From contig NZ_JBALEO010000077.1 in the NCBI RefSeq assembly GCF_036918015.1, forward strand, positions 64,126 through 128,125: a DNA stretch of 64,000 nucleotides, written 5' to 3'. The notes below the pieces were generated by a model. The model saw nothing but the letters and a program-made list of their open reading frames with translations, did not search any database and was not told the DNA's origin. Of this stretch, positions 39,298-49,571 are shown in pieces. A program made the position numbers and the translations under genes. Positions within the stretch are counted from its first letter, which is position 1. Each line of letters opens with the position of its first letter. Origin of the DNA: Nostoc sp. (GTDB lineage: Bacteria > Cyanobacteriota > Cyanobacteriia > Cyanobacteriales > Nostocaceae).

Positions 39298-39396
39298 CGC
39301 CCTAAATGCCTCAATAATGTTCTAATCTTTATGATAAATTGGCCTGCGTTAGCGCGTAATGCATCACAAGACAGACGGTAAGGGCAGCATATATGT

Positions 39397-39594
39397 CATT
39401 GTTGTCAATTTTACGTGAAACCCGCTTGGTGACAACGTTTTGCCCTCACCCCAGCCCCTCTCCCCAAGGGAGAGGGGAGCTAGCTAGAGATTCAATTCCC
39501 CTTCTCCCAAGGGAGAAGGGGTTAGGGGATGAGGGCGTGAGGGATTTGCAAAACGCCTGTCCGATATAGTTTTCGGCTTCAGTTGACACCAATG
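39397..39594. mobile_element. 198 bp MITE with 12 bp TIR and 9 bp target-site duplication
   Basis: TIR cattgttgtcaa (39397-39408) / ttgacaccaatg (39583-39594); flanking direct repeat catatatgt at 39388-39396 and 39595-39603; internal GC-rich hairpins. Confidence 0.85.
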
Positions 39595-39632
39595 CATATA
39601 TGTGCGTCCCTACTAAGCTCATTTGAAATTAT

Positions 39633-41606
39633 TTACGCGCCTTCTCGTAACTTATCCAACACACTTCTATCTTCTAATGTCGAAGTATCACCAGATACCT
39701 CTTGCCCCGCAGCTAGATTCCGCAGCAAGCGCCGCATAATCTTACCCGATCGCGTTTTGGGCAAAGCATCTGTAAAGCGAATTTCTCCTGGACGTGCGAT
39801 CGCACCTATTTCTTTGACAACGTGCAGTTTGAGTTCTTTACTCAACTCTTCACTTGCCTGATAAGTGCCTTCTAGAGTCACAAAAGCAACTACTTCTTCC
39901 CCCTTAAGTTCATCGGGTTTACCCACTACTGCCGCTTCTGCAACCGCTGGATGCGAAACTAAAGCTGATTCTACTTCCATTGTACCGAGTCGATGTCCTG
40001 AGACATTCAGTACATCATCCACACGACCCATTACCCAGAAGTAACCGTCTTCATCTTGTCTTGCACCATCACCAGCAAAGTAAATGTAGTTACCATCTTT
40101 AGGCGGAATGTGTTCCCAATAGGTGCGGCGGAAGCGTTCTGGATCGCCGTAAACTGTCCGCATCATTCCTGGCCACGGATGTCGCACAGCTAAATAACCG
40201 CCTTCATTATTGGGTACGGTGTTTCCTTCCAAATCTACGACATCTGCAATAATTCCAGGGAAGGGAAGAGTTGCAGAACCGGGTTTGGTGGGAATTGCCC
40301 CTGGTAGCGGTGTAATCATGATACCGCCGGTTTCCGTTTGCCACCAAGTATCCACAATTGGACAGCGATCGCCACCAATTACTTTGTGATACCACATCCA
40401 AGCTTCCGGGTTAATTGGTTCGCCAACGGTTCCCAACAAACGCAATGAAGACAGGTTTCGCGCATTCGGATGTTGTTCACCCATCTTAATAAATGCCCGA
40501 ATTGCCGTAGGTGCAGTATAAAAAATATTAACACCGTATTTTTCAATTACATCCCAGAAGCAGCCAGGATTAGAAGTCCGGGGCGCACCTTCATACATTA
40601 TCGTGGTTGCACCATTGGAAAGCGGGCCGTAGACAATGTAGCTGTGCCCCGTAATCCAACCTACATCGGCAGTACACCAATATACATCTGTGTCTTGCAG
40701 GTCGAATATCCACTTGGTGGTGATATGGGTATACAAATTATAACCAGCAGTTGTATGCACTACACCCTTCGGTTTGCCCGTACTGCCGGAAGTGTAGAGG
40801 ACAAACAGCATATCTTCGCTATCCATCGGTTCGGGGGGACAATCTGCTGATACTCCTTTTTGCAAATCATGCCACCAATGATCGCGTCCGCCCAACTGCA
40901 TATAAGTTTCTTGTCCGGTGCGCTTGACAACTAGGACGTTTTCGATACTAGGAACAGCACCATCAGCTAAGGCTTTATCTACCTGTTCCTTCAGAGGAAC
41001 GATCGCATCTTTGCGCCAACCACCATCAGCCGTGACTACTAGTTTAGCTTGAGCATCAATTAAGCGATCGCGCAAAGCTTCGGCACTAAAACCACCAAAT
41101 ACCACACTGTGGGGTGCGCCAATTCGGGCACAGGCTAACATTGCGATCGCAGCTTCGGGAATCATCGGCATATAAATACCAACGCGATCGCCTTTTTGTA
41201 CGCCTAGTTGCTTTAATACATTGGCGAATTGGCAAACTTCCCGATGGAGTTGGGCGTAGGTAAGGGTACGGGAATCACCTGGTTCTCCTTCCCAAATTAA
41301 TGCTGCTTTATTTTTGCGCCAGGTAGTGAGATGTCTGTCAAGACAGTTGTAAGAAATATTAATCTTACCGCCAACGAACCACTTAGCAAAAGGTGGTTGC
41401 CAGTCTAATACTGTATCCCATTTTTGGAACCATTCTAATTCTTTTCCAGCCAAATCTGCCCAAAATTGCTGCGGATCGGCTTTGGCTTGATCGTAGAGAC
41501 GCTGATAGTCATCCAGGCTTTTGATATGGGCGTTCTGCGAGAATTCCGAGGTAGGATGAAAGAGACGGTTCTCTTGTAAGATTGATTCTATAGTTGGTTG
41601 AGACAT
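39633..41606 (-). CDS. acs: Acetate--CoA ligase (acetyl-CoA synthetase)
   Basis: [54 protein letters not shown]. Confidence 0.97.
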   Translation of the reverse strand: MSQPTIESILQENRLFHPTSEFSQNAHIKSLDDYQRLYDQAKADPQQFWADLAGKELEWFQKWDTVLDWQPPFAKWFVGGKINISYNCLDRHLTTWRKNKAALIWEGEPGDSRTLTYAQLHREVCQFANVLKQLGVQKGDRVGIYMPMIPEAAIAMLACARIGAPHSVVFGGFSAEALRDRLIDAQAKLVVTADGGWRKDAIVPLKEQVDKALADGAVPSIENVLVVKRTGQETYMQLGGRDHWWHDLQKGVSADCPPEPMDSEDMLFVLYTSGSTGKPKGVVHTTAGYNLYTHITTKWIFDLQDTDVYWCTADVGWITGHSYIVYGPLSNGATTIMYEGAPRTSNPGCFWDVIEKYGVNIFYTAPTAIRAFIKMGEQHPNARNLSSLRLLGTVGEPINPEAWMWYHKVIGGDRCPIVDTWWQTETGGIMITPLPGAIPTKPGSATLPFPGIIADVVDLEGNTVPNNEGGYLAVRHPWPGMMRTVYGDPERFRRTYWEHIPPKDGNYIYFAGDGARQDEDGYFWVMGRVDDVLNVSGHRLGTMEVESALVSHPAVAEAAVVGKPDELKGEEVVAFVTLEGTYQASEELSKELKLHVVKEIGAIARPGEIRFTDALPKTRSGKIMRRLLRNLAAGQEVSGDTSTLEDRSVLDKLREGA

Positions 41607-41832
41607 GATTACATTTAGAAACGGTATTGTTACTGAAAACTATTTTTAGCTTAGTTGTACTAGACGCTGTTTAGATTTTCGTTAAGCTAGGTAAAAATTG
41701 CCGAGTTATTTAGTTTACATTCATTTTCATCTACCGAAAGCAAGCGATTAAAAAATTTAAAGACGTTTTACAACCTATCTACCAAGAATGTTGCAATATT
41801 GGAAGTAGTCTTGACAAGCAAAGCCTGAAATT

Positions 41833-42477
41833 ATGACGCTTACCGTCGAAGCTAGCAGCCTATCCCTTAATGATGTTCATCGCTTTCTAAAACTAGAAGA
41901 ACTTTCCAATGGTTCATTCACAGACTTCTTAACTCTAGAACCACTCTCTGAGTTTGAACAGCAGGATTTATTGCGAATCAGAAACGACTTCCGTCGCTAT
42001 TTAAGCGCAGGTAAAATTTCTGAAGGGTTGGTTAAATTCTTAACGATCGCACCCTTAATGCGCCTAGCTGGATTTTACGATGTGCCGATTCGGTTGACAA
42101 TGGAAGACAGCATTGCGATCGCAGTCGAAGATGAAGACAGAAGAATTACTGGACGGATGGATATTTTAGCAATCAATAATCCTCAAAGTAATATTGCGCC
42201 GCCCTTTTGGGTTGTGGTGATTGAAACGAAAAATAGTGCGGTTGAAGTGGGTGAGGGTTTACCTCAATTACTCACTTATGCTTTTAAAAGTTTAGATCAA
42301 CAACCATCTGTTTGGGGTTTAGCAACTAACGGACTGCGTTATCAATTTGTTTATTTAAGACATGACGAACAGCCAACTTATCAGTTAATGCCATTATTAA
42401 ATCTGAATGAATCTCCCGGTGCAATTAAGTTGTTACAAGTTCTTAAAAGCATCTGCAAGTTACCAAATTTTCAGTAA
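41833..42477 (+). CDS. Type I restriction HsdR N-terminal-like nuclease-fold protein
   Basis: GRMDILA...IETKNS, GLPQLLTYA, VWGLATNG; paralogue of 2095..2760. Confidence 0.7.
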   Translation: MTLTVEASSLSLNDVHRFLKLEELSNGSFTDFLTLEPLSEFEQQDLLRIRNDFRRYLSAGKISEGLVKFLTIAPLMRLAGFYDVPIRLTMEDSIAIAVEDEDRRITGRMDILAINNPQSNIAPPFWVVVIETKNSAVEVGEGLPQLLTYAFKSLDQQPSVWGLATNGLRYQFVYLRHDEQPTYQLMPLLNLNESPGAIKLLQVLKSICKLPNFQ

Positions 42478-42507
42478 AATGAACGTATAATTGCGGGGCG
42501 ATCGCTG

Positions 42508-43257
42508 ATGTCTGAACCTGCTACCCTAGAAATCATCTCTGATAATATTTCAGAGGATGAAGTTATTTTTCCTCTTGGTGATATACTGAGTGACGAACCA
42601 CCCTTGGAAAGTGATCTACACCGAGAACAAATTGATTTGCTGATTCGCATCCTCAAATTGTGGTGGCGAGAGAGGCAAGATTTCTACGCTTCTGGCAATT
42701 TGACGATTTACTACAGTCCTAAACAGAAAAAATCAGAATATTTTCGCGGCCCAGACTTTTTTGTAGTTTTGGGAACCCCAAAAAAAGACCGTAAGAGTTG
42801 GGTAGTTTGGCAAGAAGACGGCAAATATCCCAACTTGATTGTGGAAATTTTGTCAAGTTCAACGACAGCAGTTGATAAAGGTTTAAAAAAACAAGTTTAC
42901 CAAGATACCTTCCGTACACCAGATTATTTCTGGTTTGATCCTGTAACAATGGAACTTCAGGGATTTCATTTAGTTGATGGTAAGTATCAAGAAATCCAAG
43001 TAACCACTGATGGACGTTTGTGGAGTCAGCAGTTAGAACTTTATTTAGGAGTTTATGAAGGTAAATTAAGATTCTTCACTACTGAAAATCAATTAATACT
43101 ATCATCAGAAGAATTGGCTGAACAAGAACGTTTACGTGCCGAACAGGCAGAAGAACGCGCCGAACAGGCAGAAGAACGTGCCGAGCAAGCAGAGCAAGAA
43201 ATTGCTCGACTGCGCGAGGCTTTACGTATACAGGGTATCGACCTAGAGAATATTTGA
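42508..43257 (+). CDS. Uma2-family (DUF820) endonuclease-fold protein with coiled-coil tail
   Basis: DEPPLESDLH, GPDFFVV, PNLIVEILSSST, YFWFDP; RAEQAEE repeats encoded by 21 nt repeats at 43135-43197. Confidence 0.9.
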   Translation: MSEPATLEIISDNISEDEVIFPLGDILSDEPPLESDLHREQIDLLIRILKLWWRERQDFYASGNLTIYYSPKQKKSEYFRGPDFFVVLGTPKKDRKSWVVWQEDGKYPNLIVEILSSSTTAVDKGLKKQVYQDTFRTPDYFWFDPVTMELQGFHLVDGKYQEIQVTTDGRLWSQQLELYLGVYEGKLRFFTTENQLILSSEELAEQERLRAEQAEERAEQAEERAEQAEQEIARLREALRIQGIDLENI

Positions 43258-43349
43258 TTACATCAGGAAATAAACTAAAGACATTTTCAAGTTAAAATCT
43301 AGTTATCAATGTGTAAAAAAAGCGTAATCTTCTGAAAGTAGGGCATCGA

Positions 43350-44039
43350 TTGCAAGCACAAGAAATTAAGGATCAGCTAAAGTCCCTTATCGAGCAAGCC
43401 TCCTCGATAGATCATAATTTAGCGAGAAGATTAGATGAAATCAATCGTTGGGTAAAAAACATCAAGCCAGGTTCCCTGACTGCAAAACCCTTTGTCATCG
43501 CCTTTCTGCTAGAGGTGATTACGGATTCGACAATATGGCTGACGATCAAATCCTTACCTTCAGAAGAGGAACAAAACGCAAAGTTCGAGATGATGACGCC
43601 GATTGAGAGATATTGGTATGGTTATCTATTTCCCAGATGGATCAATGCAAGTGACTCCAAGTTTTATATTTGGAAACAAAAATTGATGGCAGGTGAATTT
43701 AATCAGGTTGATAATGATATCATTAGATCAATAGCCCAAGATATTGTTCAGCGAGAAGGTAGTTTTTGGCAGCGTTATATTGCCGACCTTTCAATGGCAA
43801 CAGATTTAATTGTTAGTCGTAACAATCAACCACTGTGCATTCAAGTTACCAGTGTTAGTGAAGAACTCAATCAACAAAAGTACCAAGCTTGGCAAAATAC
43901 ACTGCGATCGTGGGAAATAGAGAGAGGATTGTTCTTAAGTTACAATCCCAAGGATACTAATTTTGTGAACCAGTTAGTCAACGTGGCCCTGTATAACAGT
44001 GATTACCTTTCTGGTGGCAAATATTTAAAATTTTCGTGA
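43350..44039 (+). CDS. Hypothetical protein, possible PD-(D/E)xK-like nuclease C-terminal domain
   Basis: 229 aa ORF; ADLSMATDLIV...LCIQVTS arrangement. Confidence 0.6.
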   Translation: MQAQEIKDQLKSLIEQASSIDHNLARRLDEINRWVKNIKPGSLTAKPFVIAFLLEVITDSTIWLTIKSLPSEEEQNAKFEMMTPIERYWYGYLFPRWINASDSKFYIWKQKLMAGEFNQVDNDIIRSIAQDIVQREGSFWQRYIADLSMATDLIVSRNNQPLCIQVTSVSEELNQQKYQAWQNTLRSWEIERGLFLSYNPKDTNFVNQLVNVALYNSDYLSGGKYLKFS

Positions 44040-44067
44040 AATTTCAGGAATTTGATATTTCAGATTT

Positions 44068-44547
44068 GTGTCTAGCCTACATACTTACGTGCTAATTACA
44101 GCTTCTATGGCTAATAAAAGAGAAACTCACTGCAACAATCAAGTAGATACGTTTGCTGAAGCTTTAGCGACAGCGCGACAAATGCAGCAGAACTGGCTGA
44201 CTTATGGGGTTGATTTTGTCAATATTTACGTTGAAGATGTGGAGGGAGACTGGCTAGAAACGTGGGGACATGATGAAATATTAGGTAATTTTCAGTTAGA
44301 TACTATTAAAGAATTTCTGGTAAGTAATGATAGTGTAGCTATTAGCATAAGAGAGCATTTAGGAGAGCGATCGCTGTTTGATTTTGCAGTAAACTTAGAT
44401 GAAGTTTGGAGAATTTCGGAAACTAGTGACAAGTTATCTGCTGTGAGAAGCTTGTTAGCTGGTGAAGTAAATAATATTGATACTGACGATATCAGGTTAT
44501 TGGATTTAGCAGATAGTCTAGTAGGAAAGTTAGCAGAGATTTTGTGA
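44068..44547 (+). CDS. Hypothetical acidic protein
   Basis: 159 aa ORF directly downstream of and co-oriented with 43350..44039; no recognised motif. Confidence 0.6.
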   Translation: MSSLHTYVLITASMANKRETHCNNQVDTFAEALATARQMQQNWLTYGVDFVNIYVEDVEGDWLETWGHDEILGNFQLDTIKEFLVSNDSVAISIREHLGERSLFDFAVNLDEVWRISETSDKLSAVRSLLAGEVNNIDTDDIRLLDLADSLVGKLAEIL

Positions 44548-44638
44548 AATTTTTAGTTGCGTAGTGGTAGAGTAAATTTTGAAGTTTTATTTTGGTTGCC
44601 TTGGGTGGTATGTAGGCGATCGCTTTTCCAGATAAGCT

Positions 44639-44890
44639 TTAATAATCTTTGAGATGTGCAATCTTTATCACTGTTACTAGCAAGGGTTGATCTTGAATCT
44701 GGTAAATAATGCGGTATTCACCCAAAAGAACCTTATACAGTCGTTCAGTGTTCTTCAATGGGTGAGCATCTTCTGGATATGGATTTAATCCTAGTCCCTC
44801 TAACTTTTGTGCTAGTCGTTGCTGCACCTCTGAGTCCAATTCTGCAATTTTCTGCACAGCCGAAGGTGCTAATGCTACTTGGTAGCTCAT
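44639..44890 (-). CDS. RelE/ParE-family toxin
   Basis: YQVALAPSAVQKIAEL...P...LYKVLLGEYRIIYQI..LVTVIKIAH. Confidence 0.85.
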   Translation of the reverse strand: MSYQVALAPSAVQKIAELDSEVQQRLAQKLEGLGLNPYPEDAHPLKNTERLYKVLLGEYRIIYQIQDQPLLVTVIKIAHLKDY

Positions 44891-45156
44891 ATCCCTAGCT
44901 CCCTTTTAATTTCTTCCAAGGGTGTAATCCCCAGCCCTGCAATTTCCTCTAGTACCTTATAAGCATCTCTTGCATCAGCCTCATCTAACCTTGCTTCAAT
45001 TAGCTCATGCATCTGCTCTGTTGAGGTAATTTCAATCCCTGGTTCTTCTCTAAGTTTGTCCGTTAATGCATAAAAAGCTTCGCGATCGTCTTGATGTTCC
45101 AACACATAAGCTCTTAACTCTTGTTTAGTCATCCCTTGAAAATTTGCTTTAGTCAT
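44887..45156 (-). CDS. DUF6887-like N-terminus with RelB-type antitoxin-like C-terminal tail
   Basis: MTKQELRAYVLEHQDDREAFYAL; tail LDEADARDAYKVLEE...ITPLEEIKRELGI; overlaps relE start by 4 nt. Confidence 0.6.
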   Translation of the reverse strand: MTKANFQGMTKQELRAYVLEHQDDREAFYALTDKLREEPGIEITSTEQMHELIEARLDEADARDAYKVLEEIAGLGITPLEEIKRELGI

Positions 45157-45323
45157 AAATATCTTACCCTCCCATTTGGTAATATTTCTACTTCAAAGCT
45201 TTGTCCAGCCAGAATGTAAATGCGTGTTGTCCGTTCATCTAATCTCACCAAGTAAATTGGTAGGTACATCGGAGTTAAATCGTGACACACCTTAAATAAT
45301 TCAATTGCTTGTTCATTAGTTGG
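45153..45323 (-). CDS. DUF6888-like small protein, not in the ORF track (ATG at 45269; homology extends to 45323)
   Basis: PTNEQAIELFKVCHDLTPMYLPIYLVRLDERTTRIYILAGQSFEVEILPNGRVRYL*; stop overlaps next start (ATGA). Confidence 0.6.
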   Translation of the reverse strand, partial: PTNEQAIELFKVCHDLTPMYLPIYLVRLDERTTRIYILAGQSFEVEILPNGRVRYL

Positions 45324-45570
45324 TTTGATTCAGCATAATTAGCAAAATACCAGTAAAAAATCCCCAATTTTTAGGGTGCGTTATTAAGGCACCATATATT
45401 AAATAGCAATGGCGTTGCGAAAAGGTTAATTTATGCACCTTTTCAACGCCCAAAGAGCAATTTGACATCAAAAATTACTTTTATAAATATAACTTTAGCA
45501 AAAAACTTAAATAAGTTTCCATTTTGGGAACTATAGACCTATTGAAGCTCAGGCAGGTAGGTCAAAAGCA

Positions 45571-45918
45571 TTGATTAGTGAAACTGCAAAACTATTCTAC
45601 CCCTCGGTGGAGAAATTGGTTAACGAGATTGTGGCAGTTAACCACGCTTGGAAAGTAGCTCGTGAATTATTTGGAGAAGATTCACCCCTATCTATTTCTT
45701 CACGGGATTTAAAAACCTGTTTGCAGGTGCGTTTGTTGCGAAGCTATGCACCAGAACAGGTTTATTTAATTGAGGATAAAAAGGCAAAAGGGGAGCGACT
45801 TTATAGCTTATGCCTCCGGGAACCTATAGGAGAACGCCTGGATGCAGAACATCTCCCAATGCGGATAGCTGAAAAAGTTCTTACGGATAAAGAATTAAAG
45901 CAATTCAAAAAGATATAA
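45571..45918 (+). CDS. Hypothetical protein upstream of the Zorya-like genes
   Basis: 115 aa ORF with TTG start; co-oriented, 31 nt before zorA. Confidence 0.6.
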   Translation: MISETAKLFYPSVEKLVNEIVAVNHAWKVARELFGEDSPLSISSRDLKTCLQVRLLRSYAPEQVYLIEDKKAKGERLYSLCLREPIGERLDAEHLPMRIAEKVLTDKELKQFKKI

Positions 45919-45949
45919 CCAAGACAAACAAGAGGAGTGCAGCGTAGAA

Positions 45950-47167
45950 ATGACAAAAGTTTGGAACATTATTTGGCATAATGAACCTTTTCATTACACA
46001 ATTGCTTTTGTGTTAGTAATTGCAATTATTATCGAATTTTGCACATTATGGGAGTATTGGCGCTCAGAGTGTGGAACAACTGAAGCCGGAATTAAATTTT
46101 TGAGTAATTTTAAAAAGGGTAAAAATGTCAAGCCTTCAGAAAAGGATAGTCGTTGGTTAAAAGACCATCTAGGAACTGATGACTCTAGTAAATTCAGACA
46201 ACAAGATGGCAAGTTCGTACTGATAAAGTATCCATCTGTCTTAGCCCACCCAATACCTCGTAGTTCCCTACGCTTCGTGACAACCTTGTGTACTGCCATT
46301 GGTCTTTTAGGAACCTTTTATGGTATACAACAGGGACTCCAAGGAATCAATTTATCTACAGAAAATACCAAAGAACTGATGACTGCCAGTAAAGAGCTAC
46401 TGGTGGGAATGAAAACAGCTTTCTCGACTTCCATGATGGGGCTTGGTTCTGGTAGCTTGTTTCTTCTAGTTTTGTTTGGGCGTGATTCACTACGGCAGAA
46501 ACTACGTGATAGTTTGCGTCAGAAATTGAAGGCGATCGCAACTTTAAAAACGGCAGACAATAGCAACCATGAAGTAGCTGAAGCACTTAGTCTTGTAGCA
46601 AAAAGCTTGACCGGGTTAAAGCAGCTAAATGCAGAAGGCATTGGTCAAGCTGTAGGTAGGAGTATTGCAGAACAATTCGCAGGTTTAAATCAGTTGTCAG
46701 CCCAAGCTATTGGTCAAGCCGTAGGTCAGCAGATTAAGCCAGCCTTGGGAGAAATATTCAAAGAACAGAAAAAACTCCGAGAAATTCAAGAAAACCAGGG
46801 ACAGAGAGTTTTAGAAGAACTCATCAAAGATTTGCGAATTCAGGTACTCGAACCGATTGCAGATCGGCTAGATAAAAGTGCAGAATTAACCCAACAAGCT
46901 TCCGAAGCTGTGCTGACTCTGCATAGAGAATTGAGTGGTATATCTCAAAGTTTGGCAAGTTCCATCCTGACAATTGAGAACTTTCAAAAAAAGACTTTGG
47001 TAGAACTCCAAGAATTTGCTAAGAGTTTGGGAGACACTCTCAATCAATTTAAAACAGATACAAAAGGGGTTTTACAGCAAACAGCCGACGAAATCAATCG
47101 AGCTGTAGATCACTATTTATCACTACATTACTCCAGCTTGCACAAAAGGATGCACCCAAACGAGTAG
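45950..47167 (+). pseudogene. zorA: Zorya ZorA-like MotA/ExbB protein, tail truncated
   Basis: TM1, then TAIGLLGTFYGI and GMKTAFSTSMMGL, then a coiled-coil tail; last about 18 aa read zorB DNA out of frame. Confidence 0.7.
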
Positions 47168-47649
47168 TAATTGGCAATGTTGTGGGACAGATGAAAAGCA
47201 ACAATATCAATGTTAAAGTCAACCCAGAAACCGGGGATGTCAGTATTCAAGAATCAATTCTTTTTGCCAAGGGAAGCACAGAACTTAAACCAGAAGGGAA
47301 AGCCTTCCTACGCCGCTTTATTCCTGTTTACAGTGGTGTTATTTTCTCAAAACCAGAATTTGATAAGGAAATTAGCCGTGTAATTATAGAAGGTCACACT
47401 AGCTCAGATGGAGACGACAAAACCAATCTACAACTAAGCTTGTTGCGATCAGCATCAGTTTATAACTACATTTTCTATGATATGAATTTCCCTACAAAAG
47501 TACCTTTAAGCCATAAAATATTAGCTGCTGGGCGTGGAGAAATTGAATCTGACAAGAAACGTGATAATCCAGGCGATCGCAAAGTAGTTTTCCGCTTTCA
47601 GTTTCGCAGTGATGAGTTAAAGAAAGATATCCTGAAAACCCCTCTTTAA
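47113..47649 (+). pseudogene. zorB: Zorya ZorB-like OmpA/MotB protein lacking its N-terminus
   Basis: In-frame LFITTLLQL (TM end) from 47113; ILFAKGSTEL, IIEGHTS, NLQLSLLRS, RKVVFRF OmpA-like motifs; no start or conserved TM Asp upstream. Confidence 0.75.
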
Positions 47650-47662
47650 AGGAGCTAAAACA

Positions 47663-48661
47663 TTGAATTCTCAGTTTTCCATTCCTTCCCTACCTGAAAC
47701 TCCCCAGTGTAGTCCTAATCAACTTATTCAGCTTGCAAGTAACTTACCAGATGTAACAATATCAATACCAAATGTTGATAAAATATTGGAAGCTATTGAA
47801 CAGGGTAAAGCTGATCAAGTAAGTAAGTTGGACTGGGTTTACTGCATCCATGCTAAAGCACAGTGGGATCAGCAAAATCTTGACCGATGCAGAAAAACAT
47901 CAGCAGCTATTTGGAAGGTAGCAATTTCTAATTTATGGTTGCAACATCAGCTATTGTGGCGTTTAGCTCTTTATTATGGTGATCAGCAAAAACAGGTGTT
48001 AGCACAGTCTTTAGTTGAATCTTTTGATATTTTTGCTAATTCTGATTTAGTTAGTCACCTCCTACCAGTTCAAATTATTCGGGCGCTTTGCAGTAAACAA
48101 GCAGGTAGAGAATTAGCAAAAATTCTTTGTGAACAGCGTATTAATCGAACCGAATTGCTAAACAACATCCGAGAAGATTTACCTGTTTGGATTCCATTAC
48201 TCACGAAATTTATAGAAGACATAACTCCCTGTTTTACTACAATTATTTATCCAAATCAGCAGCAGGTAAAATGGCTGTTAAGTTGTTTGGGTGAAATGTC
48301 AGAGAGTCAGCAAATAAAGGCTGTTAATCATTTGCTCACTAATGTTTCTAATGATATAGCAAGCAATCATTCTTTATTGGTTGATTGGTTGCGAAATAAC
48401 TATAGAAATGGTGAAAAATGGTATAAACTTTCAGATCCTGCAAGGCAAAGACTTCGAGAGTGGATTGGAGGTATCAATTATGGTGATTTCCAAAAGCTAG
48501 TAAATCTAATATTGAACAAGCTCGATTTACCAGACTTCGAGTCAAATCGGCTATGTAGTCGCAGGGACTTTTGGGCTAATTACAGTAACCGCTTTGAACG
48601 GCTTCGCATCTTGTTACCCAAGACATCACAAATTGCCATAGGGTATCAAATCAGAGATTGA
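47663..48661 (+). pseudogene. ZorC-like (EH-signature family) protein, probably C-terminally truncated
   Basis: Follows zorB; ends with RRDFWANYSNRFERLRILL, the start of the EH-signature region; no EF/EH motif or zorD follows. Confidence 0.6.
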
Positions 48662-48725
48662 ACGTCTAGAAAGGGAAGCTAAAACCTACTGTAACAAGAT
48701 TTGTTTTCTAATAGAATAAAAATTA

Positions 48726-49031
48726 TTACCGTGAATCATCATCTAAAAACAGCGCCTCTAAATCACGATAGCCACTTACTATTCGCACAACTTCAATCCC
48801 CTCTGCAATTGGGCGATAAAATATCAAATAATCATCAGCTGGAAAGCTTCGCAACGCAGTTAAAAGTTCATCCCGTCTACGTCCCATACTGGGAAACTTT
48901 GCCAAAGTATCCAACTTTTGAGTTATGAGTGTGAGCAATCTATTTGCAACATCTGGATTTCCAGCAAATAGGTAATCGTTAATTTCTTGTAAATCTTGGG
49001 CAGCTTGAGGCGATAGAAAATATAAACTCAT
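48726..49031 (-). CDS. ParE-family toxin
   Basis: LSPQAAQDLQEINDY, LAKFPSMGRRRDEL, YLIFYR, VVRIVSGYRDL. Confidence 0.9.
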   Translation of the reverse strand: MSLYFLSPQAAQDLQEINDYLFAGNPDVANRLLTLITQKLDTLAKFPSMGRRRDELLTALRSFPADDYLIFYRPIAEGIEVVRIVSGYRDLEALFLDDDSR

Positions 49032-49300
49032 TATTGTGCCTGAGTCTTTCTCAAAGCTTGGTTTTTTTGACGCAGTTGCTCGATTACTTCTTTACCGTCA
49101 AGTCGTTCTTTGCGGTCAAGTTGCTCAACCCCAATCATAATTTCTCTTTGCAGTTCCTCAAACCGACCCTTGTAAATACGTTCCCGTTCCTCCAATAGCC
49201 TAATACCCGCAATAATCACTTCTTCAGATGAGGTGTACTTCCCGCTTGCAACTTGACTTTGAATGAACTGCTCAAGCTCGATTGTTAAGGAAATATTCAT
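49031..49300 (-). CDS. ParD-like ribbon-helix-helix antitoxin
   Basis: MNISLTIELEQFIQSQVASGKYTSSEEVIIAGIRLL; overlaps parE start. Confidence 0.9.
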   Translation of the reverse strand: MNISLTIELEQFIQSQVASGKYTSSEEVIIAGIRLLEERERIYKGRFEELQREIMIGVEQLDRKERLDGKEVIEQLRQKNQALRKTQAQ

Positions 49301-49571
49301 AAACTATTACCATATTTTTGTTCTTATATTCTAATTCTAGATGTCAACTGACAGCAGTCCATTGCGATCGCACTAAGCTAGATGTTAAAACTTTGGGAGT
49401 ATTGACTTATACACAAATAACCCCACTCACACGATGATCGCACACATTCAACCCTCTTCAAAATGCACCACAACCACGTTAAGCTGAATTAGAGAGACAA
49501 TTTATTGCGCTTTTTAACATACAAATCTCCGTTCTTGTCAAATTTTAATTTTTCTGCTTGAGAAACCCGGA

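Noticed and set aside
41833-49300. Prophage or integrative element
   Set aside because: No integrase, transposase, tRNA attachment site, phage structural gene or flanking direct repeats found
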